Part shown: positions 21,249 to 33,488 of the stretch, one piece after another
How positions within the stretch are numbered: position 1 is the first letter of the stretch
Layout: each line of letters starts with the position of its first letter
Source: Daphnia carinata
Lineage: Eukaryota
Reading direction: 5' to 3'
DNA length: 64,000 nt
Assembly (NCBI RefSeq): GCF_022539665.2
Contig: NC_081332.1
Span: 5,084,001 to 5,148,000 of the forward strand
Notes under the pieces: model-generated
Seen by the model: the letters and a program-made list of their open reading frames with translations, nothing else
What the model was told of the DNA's origin: nothing
The model's database searches: none
Program-made: the position numbers and the translations under genes

Positions 21249-22972
21249 TCATTTCAACGCAGGAGTGTAGACTTCGTATTCAAGAATGGAAAAGTTATAA
21301 TCGCCCATGAGCGAGTCGGGGGAAGCGTCTTCACCGTCATAGGAATGTGGCAAATTCGAGTACGAATCCATGTTGACATGACATTGATCCGAGACATAGA
21401 GGTCAGCACCTGCTCCAAAAATGGGCCCGCATTCGAGGTGGTAACAAATGCCGAATGTCTTTTTCGTGATGTCGAATCGCTGCGGAGACACGTGACCATG
21501 CCCATCCACTAGAGTAAAGAGGAAGGCTCTATCCGATGCGATGTAACGTCCTTTGTTGCTCACAACGGGTTGACTGGCCGGTGGAAGAGTCCAGGGAACA
21601 TCGGTGAATCCACCACAGACCTTTTGAAAAATTCCAAATAAAGGATTTGATTAATTGATAGCTTTTCGTTGAATTTGGTGCCTACCAACCTCGCCCTTGG
21701 GTCCGAGAATGATGACGTAGAGAGGTGCCAAGCCGTCGCAGATGCGATGGAATTCGGAAGCGGAAAAGTCGTACTGCGACGCACGAAAGACAAGTTTCCA
21801 GGTGACACTCGAGAGGGTTGAATGCGAGTTCGAGTACCATTGATTCAGCACGTTTTGCAAAGAAACGCGATCTCGGTTGAGAATCTGCGAATTAGCAAAG
21901 GCTTTGGTGGGCACGCGCGGTTGAAGTCGTTTATCTTCATGGTTGACGGGTTGTTGAGGCAGCTGCTGTTGCTGTTCGCGGAATTTCGCTGGCAAAGCCG
22001 CTAGTCTGTATCGTTCGAGGGAGACTTCCATTGGGACGGCTCCTGTCGGTTCGACTTCCTCGGCAAAGACTTGGCTGTCGATCAACAGAAGCCTGACATG
22101 ATTGATGACACCTCCCAAAGACTGACAAACGCGCTGACGTTCGTCCTCATTCCACAATTGAGTATTCGACTGAGAAACATTGGCCTGGTCGTATGAATGG
22201 ATGAGTTTACAGAACCAAAAACCAAAGAAAAAATAATGTACATTAGCCTACCTGATGCCTTGCCCAGTTCAGCACTGCTCGCCAAATTTCAACCTCCTCC
22301 AAAGCTAAATGGTCAGAAGAAACCAAGCAAATGAGGGCATCTTTCGATAACCTCAAGAAGGCAGTAGTTTGAAAGCACTCGATAGCATTGTCACCAATAA
22401 AATGGACACAACGCTCCACGAAACTTGGGCTGGAAGTGTTGTTCCTCTGGATTAGCTGATCCTCTTTGGCCAAAGCTGAAGCCAGCAAAGCGCAGGCATT
22501 GTCCACATTTAGGCTTCTGGTGATGTGATCCTCACAAAACAGCCTGAGTTCTTCCAGGTTCAAATCCTGACACAATGTCCACATCTCAAAGACATTTTGG
22601 TCATCCAGGAGAACTTTGCCAGTGTAGAGATAGACGAGAGCCAATTTAAAGTTGTCTGGCTTGTGATTGGGCAATCTAATGGTTTGCGTAGAAGATCCCG
22701 GCAGCACAGCCCTCTTGAGAAAAGTGGCAGTCTTACACCTACAAATCAAATGTGAAGTGTTGATGTTTATGGCCAAATGACATATGCATCATCACACCCA
22801 AGATTTCATACCGAGCGTTGAGCAACAGGCGATGAGCGTAGAACGCCGTTTCCTCCCGGCCCACTAGAAAGAGGATGTCTGCGTGATCGTGCGTTTCCAA
22901 CAGCTTCTGTAAATCATCCAACAGACGCGGGACTCCTGCTAGGACGGCATCATTCATCGGCGGGTAAGACAT
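21249..22972 (-). CDS. BTB/POZ-BACK-TLDc domain protein; 4 exons
   Basis: BTB (ADILFLVGREETAFYAHRLLLNARC), BACK (FLRLSKDALICLVSSDHLALEEVEIWRAVLNWA), TLDc (WKLVFRASQYDFSASEFHRICDG; GGFTDVPW; GPIFGAGADLYV; EYEVY). Exons 22972-22812, 22738-22252, 22184-21690, 21620-21249. Confidence 0.88.
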
Positions 22973-25900
22973 GTTTTTCTTTGTAGCTCGGCGCCGAAAA
23001 CTGAACCAAAACACAAGCGACCCATGAATCTTTCCTTTCCGAGCTTCTGACAGTTACCAGTACAAAAGTTCTGAGCTCTATTGTTAGATGGCGCTGACCA
23101 AGGGCCTTCCTGATCGACTCGATTTCTTTTCATCTTTCTATGTGTTTCTAAGCTCACGCATGTTAACGGTTATTGATTCCTTTATAGACACCACAAAAAC
23201 TCCTGGCTCGACAGGGGAGACTATTGGAGTGAACAATTTTTCTCTCTTCCTCCTCCTCTCCTTATGCTGCTGTTCCTGCCATGCAATATATCTTTTGATA
23301 AAATAAACCGGCAGTGAAGCACGGACGCTCCGTAAATCCCGGAGGGATCCATTAACGCTCACGAAAAAGGGAGAGGGGGGAGAGGAGGTTGTGGATAAAA
23401 AGGAAATACGATAGAGAGCTAAATCCATCCAATATAAAAGAGCTTTTTCGGACAGCTACAATTCATTTTCCCCTTCTCGTTCATTTCTGCTTCTTTGTCT
23501 GATTCGAAATGAAAAAAAAGCAAGATGAAGTGAGGAAAATTTTGATCAGCAAAATACTATGTTTTGATTTTGATATTCTTACTTAAATGCAGCAATACGT
23601 TGGTGAAGTTTAGGGGCTTTGGGTCCGCCATCTGAAATTGAATTACTAAACAAGCGTCAAAGGAAAATTAGTCCGTGTTATCAATGTCTTCTCCATCTGA
23701 TAAAAAAGTTACTCAGTCCCAACGCTGGGTTGATTGATTCATTTTTAGTTGAGAAACAAGAGGGGAAGAAACCCAACGAAAATGTCTACACGTCATTTTT
23801 TTACTAGACAATTTATGTGGGTTTTTCCCTTCTAATCTAATTCACATTAAAAAGAATGGGCCCATAAATAATGATGATGAGGATCCCGTGTTCTGAACAA
23901 ACAACGATGACAGATAACGTCCCGTGCGTTTCAGGTGAGACGAGTCCATCAGCATCTGGTAAAAGAGCCAACAGCCAATACAAAATCGTTTTACCCAATT
24001 TCTCTGAATTTTATAAACTTGATTGAACCGATAAGATCAGAAAATCGAGCAGAAATTCCAGGGATGACTCACGCAAGAACAAGTTCAACTTCTTGCCTCT
24101 GTTTTGCATTAAAATCAAGAAAGATGTTCGGGTTTTTCTCTTCCCAATTTGGGTAGCCGTTGAGTGCCTCAACAAGACCAACACACATTTAAAAGAGAAA
24201 AACGCTTTGCATAAAGAGAAGAGTTTTCTTATACACAAGTCCATAAACATAATGTTGATACAACTACTATACACGGTTTAACGCGGGGAAAAAAGAAAAA
24301 CTATACACACAGTATATCTTTTTCTTTTCGAAACGTTATGGGCGTTGTTCCGGACCTGTCAACACTCAATTTTCAAGTTTCTGATAAGGCACATGCGCAC
24401 GCTGCATTGAATTAAGGGCAAACGCCATGTGTGTGTGAAGAAAGAAGAAAAGAAGAGAGAAGTCTATATATCAGTTAGTGAACATGACAACCCATCAAGT
24501 GAGTTGAGCTGTCAAAAAAGCGACACACCCGACGTGTATGCATGTGTGTCTACAGGCCAACAATATGTGTGAACCTAAAAAACAATTTTTTTTTATCGGG
24601 TAAACGACAACGTGAATACAAAAGCAAAGGCAAACGAAAAGCTTTCTTTTTCCCTAAATATTTTTAAAAATTTTCAGTCAAACCGATAAGATAAATCGAT
24701 CGACACTGATATACACAGACGCTTCCATGTCGGACAAGTTGTTGTTGATCAGCCAAAGCCCAAAGAAACAAAAAATCTGAAAATATTACGTTAGGGTCTA
24801 AAACATTCCAAACCGCGCCTATGTATGTATATATGGTCATGTTTGTGTACGTGAAAAACGCTGGAGCCCGTGTTTGTTATGTATACATCTCGTCGACTAT
24901 GAGTGATCCTCTCCAGAAAACCCCAAATAATAATAATAAAAAAAAAAAGCTAAAAAAGAAAGGAGTTTTAAAACATTTCTCTTTGCTTCACTCATCATTT
25001 GAGACCAAACTTTAAGGACTTTTTACAGTCCCCCGATTAAAATCGAAAACGGAAGCTGTTGGGTCCTTGGAGTCCACCTTTGTTCAGTGGCCTGCTGCTG
25101 TCTGTTTTGCCCATTGTGTAAACAGGGGGGGGCCCACCTCAAACAAATAACTCGCCCATCTTCTACTAAGAAAAATTGTTTACTCACCCCCAGAGTCTTG
25201 ACTATATGTCCAGTCTTTTTGCTGACATGTATTTATAAATGCGTAGCTTCCCCGTCGAGCTTCTTCTTCCTTTTTTTTGAGGTCAAGCCTCTTTTTTTTT
25301 TTTCATTTTGTACAACCACAGCAGGGCCAGCATTCCCTTCGTCACTTTCGCTCAGTCATTCCACTAAAGTAATGCTAGAGAATTATCTAAAGAAAAATGG
25401 TAAAAAGAGAAAAAAAGCTAAATAAAAGTATGACAATCAACTGACGAGTCTCGAAGGGAATAATCATTTTCCTGTTCTTAAAAAAAAGGAATGAAGTAAA
25501 AAATTTAGACAGGTATTGTTCGTAATCCGCACAGGTGCTATGGAACTCTTTGAAAGCCCATTCCCCCCTTGTATGTTTCCCTTCTACTTTTTGAACTGTT
25601 TCTTTTTCCTTTTGAATTCCCACCTTTGATTCATCAACATCATAAGAACGAAGAGGTCAGGTGAAGAGAAGAAGTCGTCCACACCCACCCCTCGTCGTGT
25701 CCAACCCCATTTTGATCTCTACTAAATTGACCACAGTCACACACACACACACACAAAAACGAAATGGAGCAAAAGAGAGAGGGGGGATAGTGAAATATTG
25801 AGAAGAGATAACAAACGAAAGAAAGCCCTTCCAAGGGGACTCATTTCTTCGACGTGTCAAACTACTTCAAAAGAGGAGGGCGGAGAAGGTGAATCCGGAT

Positions 25901-26668
25901 GAATGCACGAAAATGCTTCTTTTAGGTCTCCCCCCCTCTCATTTCAGAAACAACAGCTCAGCTCCTGTCATATGCATACCTTTTTTTCACCTTGATGAGC
26001 TGTAATTGGGCAGAGTATGTGTCTGCTAACAGACAAATTGCTTCGAAATGAACCTTTTTTTTTCACTCACTGACATTTTTATGCTGATGCTTCACAAATT
26101 GATAATAATCATTCCCACAAATTTCTTTCTCATCTGTGCCTTATCAAAACACCTTTTTATTCGCTTTTTTCAACTAGGAAAACTGTGACGTTTCACAACA
26201 CACGCGAGGTGTTCGTGCACCCAGAGAGCGTCAACTTAAGATACAAAAAATCTCTCACCAGATGTCACTGGCGTACCACCTTTTCACCCACACGCCCTCC
26301 CCCTTCGACTCCCCTCCTCTCACACCCAAAGCACCCGTGTGTCGGGATAACAAATCGTCAGCCAGTCGTTGTCCGTTAGTGGTGGGATCGAGACGGAAAA
26401 TTTTTTCACTTGTACTTTTTAATTTCCAAAACACTCATCGGGACATCATCTCTCAACTAAAAAAAGTTGTCCAGTAGTTAGCTAGTCTTCGCGTATCAAA
26501 TTCAAGGTGCATCATTGACAAATCCAGCGGAAACAGTGCACCAATGCAGACCTTCAAAGTGCGTGTGTATGTTAGCTGAATATTGGTTTCGCTTTCCAAT
26601 TTTTGTTTTTCAAGCCAATCGTATTGTGGTCATCGTGTGTCCCTGAAATTGAACGAACTGACGCGACC

Positions 26669-29654
26669 ATGGCGATTGGTGTAATGAGGATCGCCGTGAT
26701 GTTGACGCTCTCCTGCTGGACCGTTTGGTCGATCGATGGATTAACATCCGGATCGAGTGCCAGTGTACCTTCGGTTCTCGGCAGTGCCGTCAACAATGGT
26801 GGAAGTAACAGTGGTAGCAGTCCAGTCTTGGCAGTTAAAAAAGACGCCCGTTGCGAAGAGATTACCATCCCGATGTGCCGCGGGATCGGATACAATTGGA
26901 CATCTATGCCCAACTCTCTCCATCATGGTAAATTGAGGAGACATTTCTTTACTGTGTTTAACTGAACTTTGGAGTTGTTTATATCCCCCCTCGCTTTCTG
27001 TGGCATCGTGAATAAATAAATCACGGCCTCACTACCCGACAAGTTCATTATAAATTGCCTAGTCCCTCCTTCCGTCAGCCTTTTATCTTTTGCTATGTAA
27101 GAAAGTCTTGTGCTTTGATCTATTTTGGAGTTGGACACACACAAAAAAATTTTTCCTTGAAAAGCCATATATACATACATATAATCTGATGACGACATGG
27201 TCTTCAATCTGCCTTTCGCCCTTTTATCGTTTTTTTCTCGTTCTTTTGTAACTTTGCAGAGACTCAAGAAGAGGCGGGACTGGAGGTGCATCAATTCTGG
27301 CCTTTGGTGGAGATCCAGTGCTCGCCCGATATGCGGTTCTTCCTCTGCTCCATCTACGCGCCCATTTGCATCCAGGACTACCCGACGTCGATTCCGGCTT
27401 GCAAGTCCGTCTGTCTCAGGGCAGAGGCCGGCTGTGCTCCACTGATGCGCAAATACGGGTTCGCCTGGCCGGATCGGATGCAATGCGACAAGTTCCCCAA
27501 TTTCGGTGATCCTCAGAACCTTTGCATGGACGCCCGCAACGGCAGTTTACCTCCGCCAACTATAACTCCACCGCCGTCGCAACTATTGCCGCTTCCGCCC
27601 GAATCCGTTGAGCCGATGGATAGGCCAAAACAAAGGCCGGGTTTGATTCCATCCAAAATCAACTGCAAAGGCCCCAACAAACGTCTCTGCTCCCCCGATG
27701 AATTGATGATGAGCACGGGGTCATCTTGCGAATGTCAATGTCGTCCTCCGCTCATCCGGCTCAGCCCCAACGACGGCCGTTACAATCGTTCATCCAGTCT
27801 CAGTGTTGGCGGCATTCCCAACTGCCTTTTGCCGTGTTCCAGCCCGTTCTTCTCCGAAGACGAACAGTGGTTCGCCTCGTTGTGGATCGCCCTCTGGGCC
27901 GCCATTGCCGCCCTATCGTCTGCCCTCACCTTTGCCACTTTTCTCATCGATCGGCCTCGGTTCAGGTACGTAATAAATCAACCCCGATTCGCCATTCTTT
28001 TCATTTGTCGCCATAGGAAATCGAATCGCTTTTCTTTAAAAAAAAAAAAAAAAGTCCAATTCTTTTTGTTGTGTGTTGCTTTCGAAAAGACAAAGAAAGT
28101 TGGAAACAGTAGAACAGTCCAAATAAACAAGGCCCCGAGTTACACAATAGAAATTTGTGTGTGATCGGATGGCAGAGGAGAATCCGCCCATGTAGGCGGA
28201 ATAGGATCTGTTTTTTTGGTCGTTCCCTACTCTTGGTGCCCCTAGCTATTAATATAATGAACTGGTGAATTATTCATTAATGAAAAACTGTTGTTTTGTT
28301 TCTTTTCGATGGGGTGTCCGATGTGGTTTATAGGTATCCAGAGAGACCGCTGATCTTCCTGTCGGCATGTTACGTCGGTCTCAGTTTGGGCTATCTGGTG
28401 CGAATCGTCGTCGGTGGCCGGGATGTGGTAGCATGTGAAGGAAACGCCATCCGTTACGGCGCCGCTCCGTCGCTCATCACAACCGGAGCCGGAGCCAGTT
28501 TTATCGGCGTCAGCAGTTCGACTTCCAGTCCGACCTGTGTCGTCACTTTCCTTCTCGTCTATTTCTTCGGCCAAGCAGCTGGATTATGGTAAATCAAAAC
28601 GTCCTTTTCTCATTCATTTTTCCCAGTTGATTGACATGTGAATCAATTAACGACACACCCATTTTTTGTTTTGTTTTGTCAGGTGGGTCATTTTGTCGTT
28701 GACCTGGTTCTTGGCCGCCGGACGCAAATGGGGTAGCGAAGCCATCGCACGATGCTCACCTTATTTCCATTTGGTGGCGTGGACTATTCCGGCCGTTCAA
28801 ACGGCCGCTGCTTTGCTAATGGCAGCAGTGGATGGCGATTCATTAGCCGGCGTATGCCACGTCGGTGTCCAGCAAACGGCCTTGCTTCGTTGGTTGGTTC
28901 TGTTCCCATTAGGCCTCCACTTACTATTGGGCGGAGGATTCCTGCTGGCCGGACTCGCCGGTTTGGCACGTATCCGACGTGTTCTGAAGGAGCAAGGCCG
29001 GCCTAAAGCCGAGAAGCTTGAAAAATTGATGATTCGCATCGGTATCTTCAGCGTGCTTTATTCTGTTCCGGCCGCAATCCTTCTGGGCTGTTACGCATAC
29101 GAAGTAGCCTTTCACGTTGAATGGGGAAAGACGCTCACCTGTTCCAGTTGTCCGTCATCAGTGGATGCAACACCATTACCATCCTATCAATCACGGCCAG
29201 ACTTTTCCATCTTTATGCTCAAGTGAGTCGTTTTTCTTCATTTGAAATCCTTGTGTGACGTCATTTGTAATGTCGTGTTGATTGTCTTAGATATTTCATG
29301 ACGTTGGTCGTCGGCATCACATCCGGTTTTTGGATCTGGTCGCATAAAACTTTGGATTCTTGGCGGAAGTTCTACCGTCGTCTGTGTCACACTCGGCCCA
29401 AGACGGCCATCCAGCATCCTCAACAACAACAGCCGCAACAGCTGCACCATCATCATCAACAACAGCAGCAACAACAGTTCCAACAGCAACAGCAGCAACT
29501 GATGGCCCCGACTGTGCCGCCTCTACCCGGCCAGCATCACCACCAATACCCGATGAGTAACAAATCGTCCAGTTTGATCAAACAGCCGTTGATGCAGAGC
29601 GTCCAAAGTCATCTCGGCAGTACGTATAAAGCGCCTCCGTTGAGTCACGTCTGA
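26669..29654 (+). CDS. fz2: Frizzled-2 (Dfz2; Fzd5/8 class) Wnt receptor; 5 coding exons
   Basis: Signal peptide; [25 protein letters not shown]...[30 protein letters not shown]; seven TM segments with YPERP and [22 protein letters not shown] (KTxxxW); terminal PLSHV. Exons 26669-26927, 27260-27965, 28334-28588, 28683-29222, 29291-29654. Confidence 0.93.
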
Positions 29655-32600
29655 GACTTTCCTCCCCTTTTTCCTCATCCGTCGGTTGAGCCTCCGCAGC
29701 CTCCGCCCTGGATACCCCCCTCCATTCCAATCTGACTTGAATTCAACATTATCTCATCAAGTTTTACGTCGCTAGGGGAACAACTTTTTCCTCCCTCCTT
29801 CTTACCATTCTCTTTTCTCTCCCCCCCACTACTTTTGCTCCTGTTCACATTGAACCAACAGAGAAGGGTCGCGTATTGATCGTGCGGATTCCCCTCGGTT
29901 CCACCATCCTCCCAACTGGGCTCTCCATCGCAGCCAAGGGACGTCGAAGAACGTAAAGCTGAAGCTTAAAAAAGCCTAGAACCACACAACCAAAACTCTT
30001 GATCGTTAAGGAGGGACAAAACTCTTTTGTTTCTTGCCTTTTTTTTAATCATGGAGTTCCCATGGACAATTTTTTAATTCTTCCAAGTCTATTCAAAGAA
30101 AAAAAAAGTCATTAACGATGGATTAACTCAAGGAAGGAAGAAAAAGACAAATCTCTCAACCTTTTTTTCGATGGTATTACCTGTAAGGAGAAAAAAGGTG
30201 AAGATGATCCCGGTCATCAACTCCCAATAGAACGCGTAGGGGGGGGGGGGGAGTCCATCATCGTCGTCGACACAAATTTACTATTTTTTACGACAACGTC
30301 GAAAAATATTTTTGGAAAGTTTTTCCCCCATTTTTTCTTTTCTTTGTGGGGTGCACGAAGAGAGAAATTGGAGACACGTTTTGTCTGTTTGTGTGTGTGA
30401 GGATGTGCAGGCCCCCCGTTTATGTCAACACTTTTGACGCCCCAAACTCTTCAAACTCTTCCTTCTGCACACACACAACATACACTTACGATATACTACC
30501 TTATGTACATATATATACATAGTAAACTGCTATATAATATAAATATTTTTTAATTTTATTGTGTTATACTGTGTACTATTACCTTGTGACTCCCTTTTCT
30601 TTCTTTTGTATTTTTTGGTTTCGCCTCTCGCAGTTCTAGTCACGCAATTCCCCTCATCCCTTTTGGACCAGGTAGAAAATGTTTTGATTTTCATGTCCCG
30701 TATGTGCCATGATTGTTGATATTTATATACTATTTACAAATAGGCTTCAAATTAATTATGCAAAAACACAATTTCTTCTCACGATCGAATCAGATGATTT
30801 TCTAGGAAAAACCAAAAGAAAAATTAAATCCAAACAATAAAAAAAGGTATACGAATCTAAGCCACGTCATCTTTATTGTAATAAATGTTCATGTTCATGT
30901 GTGTAATGTGTCTGCGTTCATCAACACATCGGATGCTGTTCGGCCATCTTTTTTGTTTATTTTGTACGTATATGTGTTTGTATAATGGAGCGAGCTACCT
31001 GTTTTTGTCAAAACCGTCGTACGATTGCGATAATAAACAAAAACCCCCATCTCTTTTGTTTTTGTGGCTTTCTGTATACTTGTCCGAACTCTACAACGCA
31101 CACCACGTCTGTGTTTAGGCAAAGCACGTACCACATTCTTGCAAAGCCTAAAACTTAGGGATCTTTTTCACTGGGCTTACCTCTCTGCACACAAAGCTGG
31201 AAACATTTTCACTTTGAACTTTTTTTTCACGTCCTGGAAACAAAAAAAAAGGGCGGTTTTGGATAAAGACGAGAACTTTGTCAGCCAGTCTGTACGAGTA
31301 GTTGCAGACAGCAGACGATAACACCACGTGAATGATTGCAGTCATTACACAGCAGTACACACAAAGACTCGTCTGCTGCGTGATTGTGATTCATCTTCTG
31401 TGTCTTTGTTATATTTTAAAGAAGAAAAAAAGAAGATGAATGTTTTCTTACATTTAGTTCGTCTTTTGTCATTTTCTTTATGGTTTGTTTGCTTGTTACG
31501 ATAAATAGCACGTCATAGGTCTGCTGTGGCTAGATATTCATAAGAGTGTGGCGTGACGTTTTGATTTATGAACGTACCAACAACAGGGAAAAGAAGCTTC
31601 TCCTTCTACACCATTCGGCGACGATGCAGTAATCAAGTTGATTAAAAACAGGCCACAACAAGAGAGCAAATATACATACGACTCGACAGGTGATTCATCA
31701 GCTGACAGACGGCTGCATTCGCATTATAGAGTGAAGAACGCGTTGGCTATCTCCACAGAGGGCGGCACGTTTCACAAGGCGAAGAATAAAATAGAATATT
31801 CAAATGAGAATAGAGCAATGACACGAGAGGAGGATATATCTCCGTGTCAAACTGAGATGGGGGAGCGATTGTTGTGTAGAAAGCGCATGCGTCCATCGAC
31901 TTTCCAGACGTGTTTACGTGTACAGAACAGACTTTGGGGTGTGTGTGTATACTGTGTGTGTGTGTGTGTACATAGTATTTATTTATTGTTATTTCTATCC
32001 TGCCATAGCAGTTTCTTATTGATCCGAAGCTTGTCAAGTGCCTTTATACATACATATTGCTTTCACTTTTTTGTGCTCCTTTTATATAATCAATTTCGAT
32101 TCATAAAAAAAAGAAGCGTGATTTGACATGACGTTTTTTCCAATATTTATCTTCAAGAATCGACACAAAAAAGTTTCGTCTGATATTAAACGGAAACGGT
32201 TTAAAAAGTGCTGCTGTTTGATTACGCTATATTAAATCGTGGGCGTGGTTTCGTGGTTGTGGAGGGGTGCTATAATATTATACACCCCATCACCCTCCTT
32301 TTTTCTTTTCTCCAACCCCTCTGCAAAAGCTTTTCATGACCATATGCACCATCTAATATCACTCTCCAACGGAAATGACAGATGACGGTCGAATGATGCA
32401 TGAAAGTCGATCTGCATTTGTAATTAAAACTGCCTATGATGAATCGCTCAACCGTCAGTGAAATCAAGGTTGCTACTTGCATCTTTTAGTTTTTTCGGTT
32501 ATTTGAAACCTACCAAATATTTAAATCATTTTATTTTGTCAAATACAAATCGTTACCGTGAGCGGAATCTTCGAATTAGAAACAGGAGAGCCGCCAACGC

Positions 32601-33488
32601 CATCTACACTTTCAACAGAAAAATAGTTGTGTGTATTTTCATTATAATCAATCGCGCTCATTTTTATTATTATTATTACTCTTTCAGAACTTTTTTTTTC
32701 TTTTTTTTCTTGGTATAATAATTTTTCCCTTTTTTCTCTCTTTTTGTTCATAGAGAATAAGGAATTTGTGTTTTGAATATTGAAATTAAGAAGGTGGAGG
32801 ATACGGTGAGAACTGGGTCCGGGAGTAGCCATGATTGCTTTTTCCTTGGAAGAGATTCATCAAGACATGCACGCATATACTCAACGGCACACAGAGACAC
32901 ACACACTCAAACCCTGCCATTCACGTTCTCCAATCTCCTCCGTTTTTCAGATCCAGTTGTTAAGGGGAAAAAATAAAATAAAAAATTAATGAAATGCTTT
33001 TTTCGAGGGGATGGTCGCAGAGGTGAAATAATTCGTGGAAGAGACGAAAAAAATAAAGGCAATAAATCCCGATAAAACAAGAACCGGAAAACAACCAAAA
33101 ATCTTTTTGTTCATATGAAAATATAAACTTTTTGTCTTGTTTTCAGTTTTCATCCATCGATAAGAGGCGAAATTTGAGAAGGTGAGTTCATAGACACCGA
33201 CTCAATTCCATTTTATAAACTCGATCGACAGCCCTCCCGAAAAGAAATTTCGGAAGTCGATGGATGTGGCGAGTGTAGTTTTTTAAAAGAGAATAATAAT
33301 ATATATACGTAGAGGGACATGCACAACAATTTGGAACCATTCACCTGGTATTTAAAAAAATAGTGTGTGGGAAAAACGTGAATAATTGGGACCCCGCCCC
33401 GCCGCTCTGATTTGCCTTTATTGGGGAACTCGTTGGCTTTTTTTGTTGTTTTTTTTTTTATTAATATTTTTTTTGTTGATACTTTCAG

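Noticed and set aside
23500..26500. ORFs upstream of frizzled-2
   Set aside because: Simple-sequence-rich non-coding DNA typical of a developmental gene's regulatory region.
29655..33488. ORFs between fz2 and psq
   Set aside because: Composition fits long convergent 3' UTRs; no coding signal.
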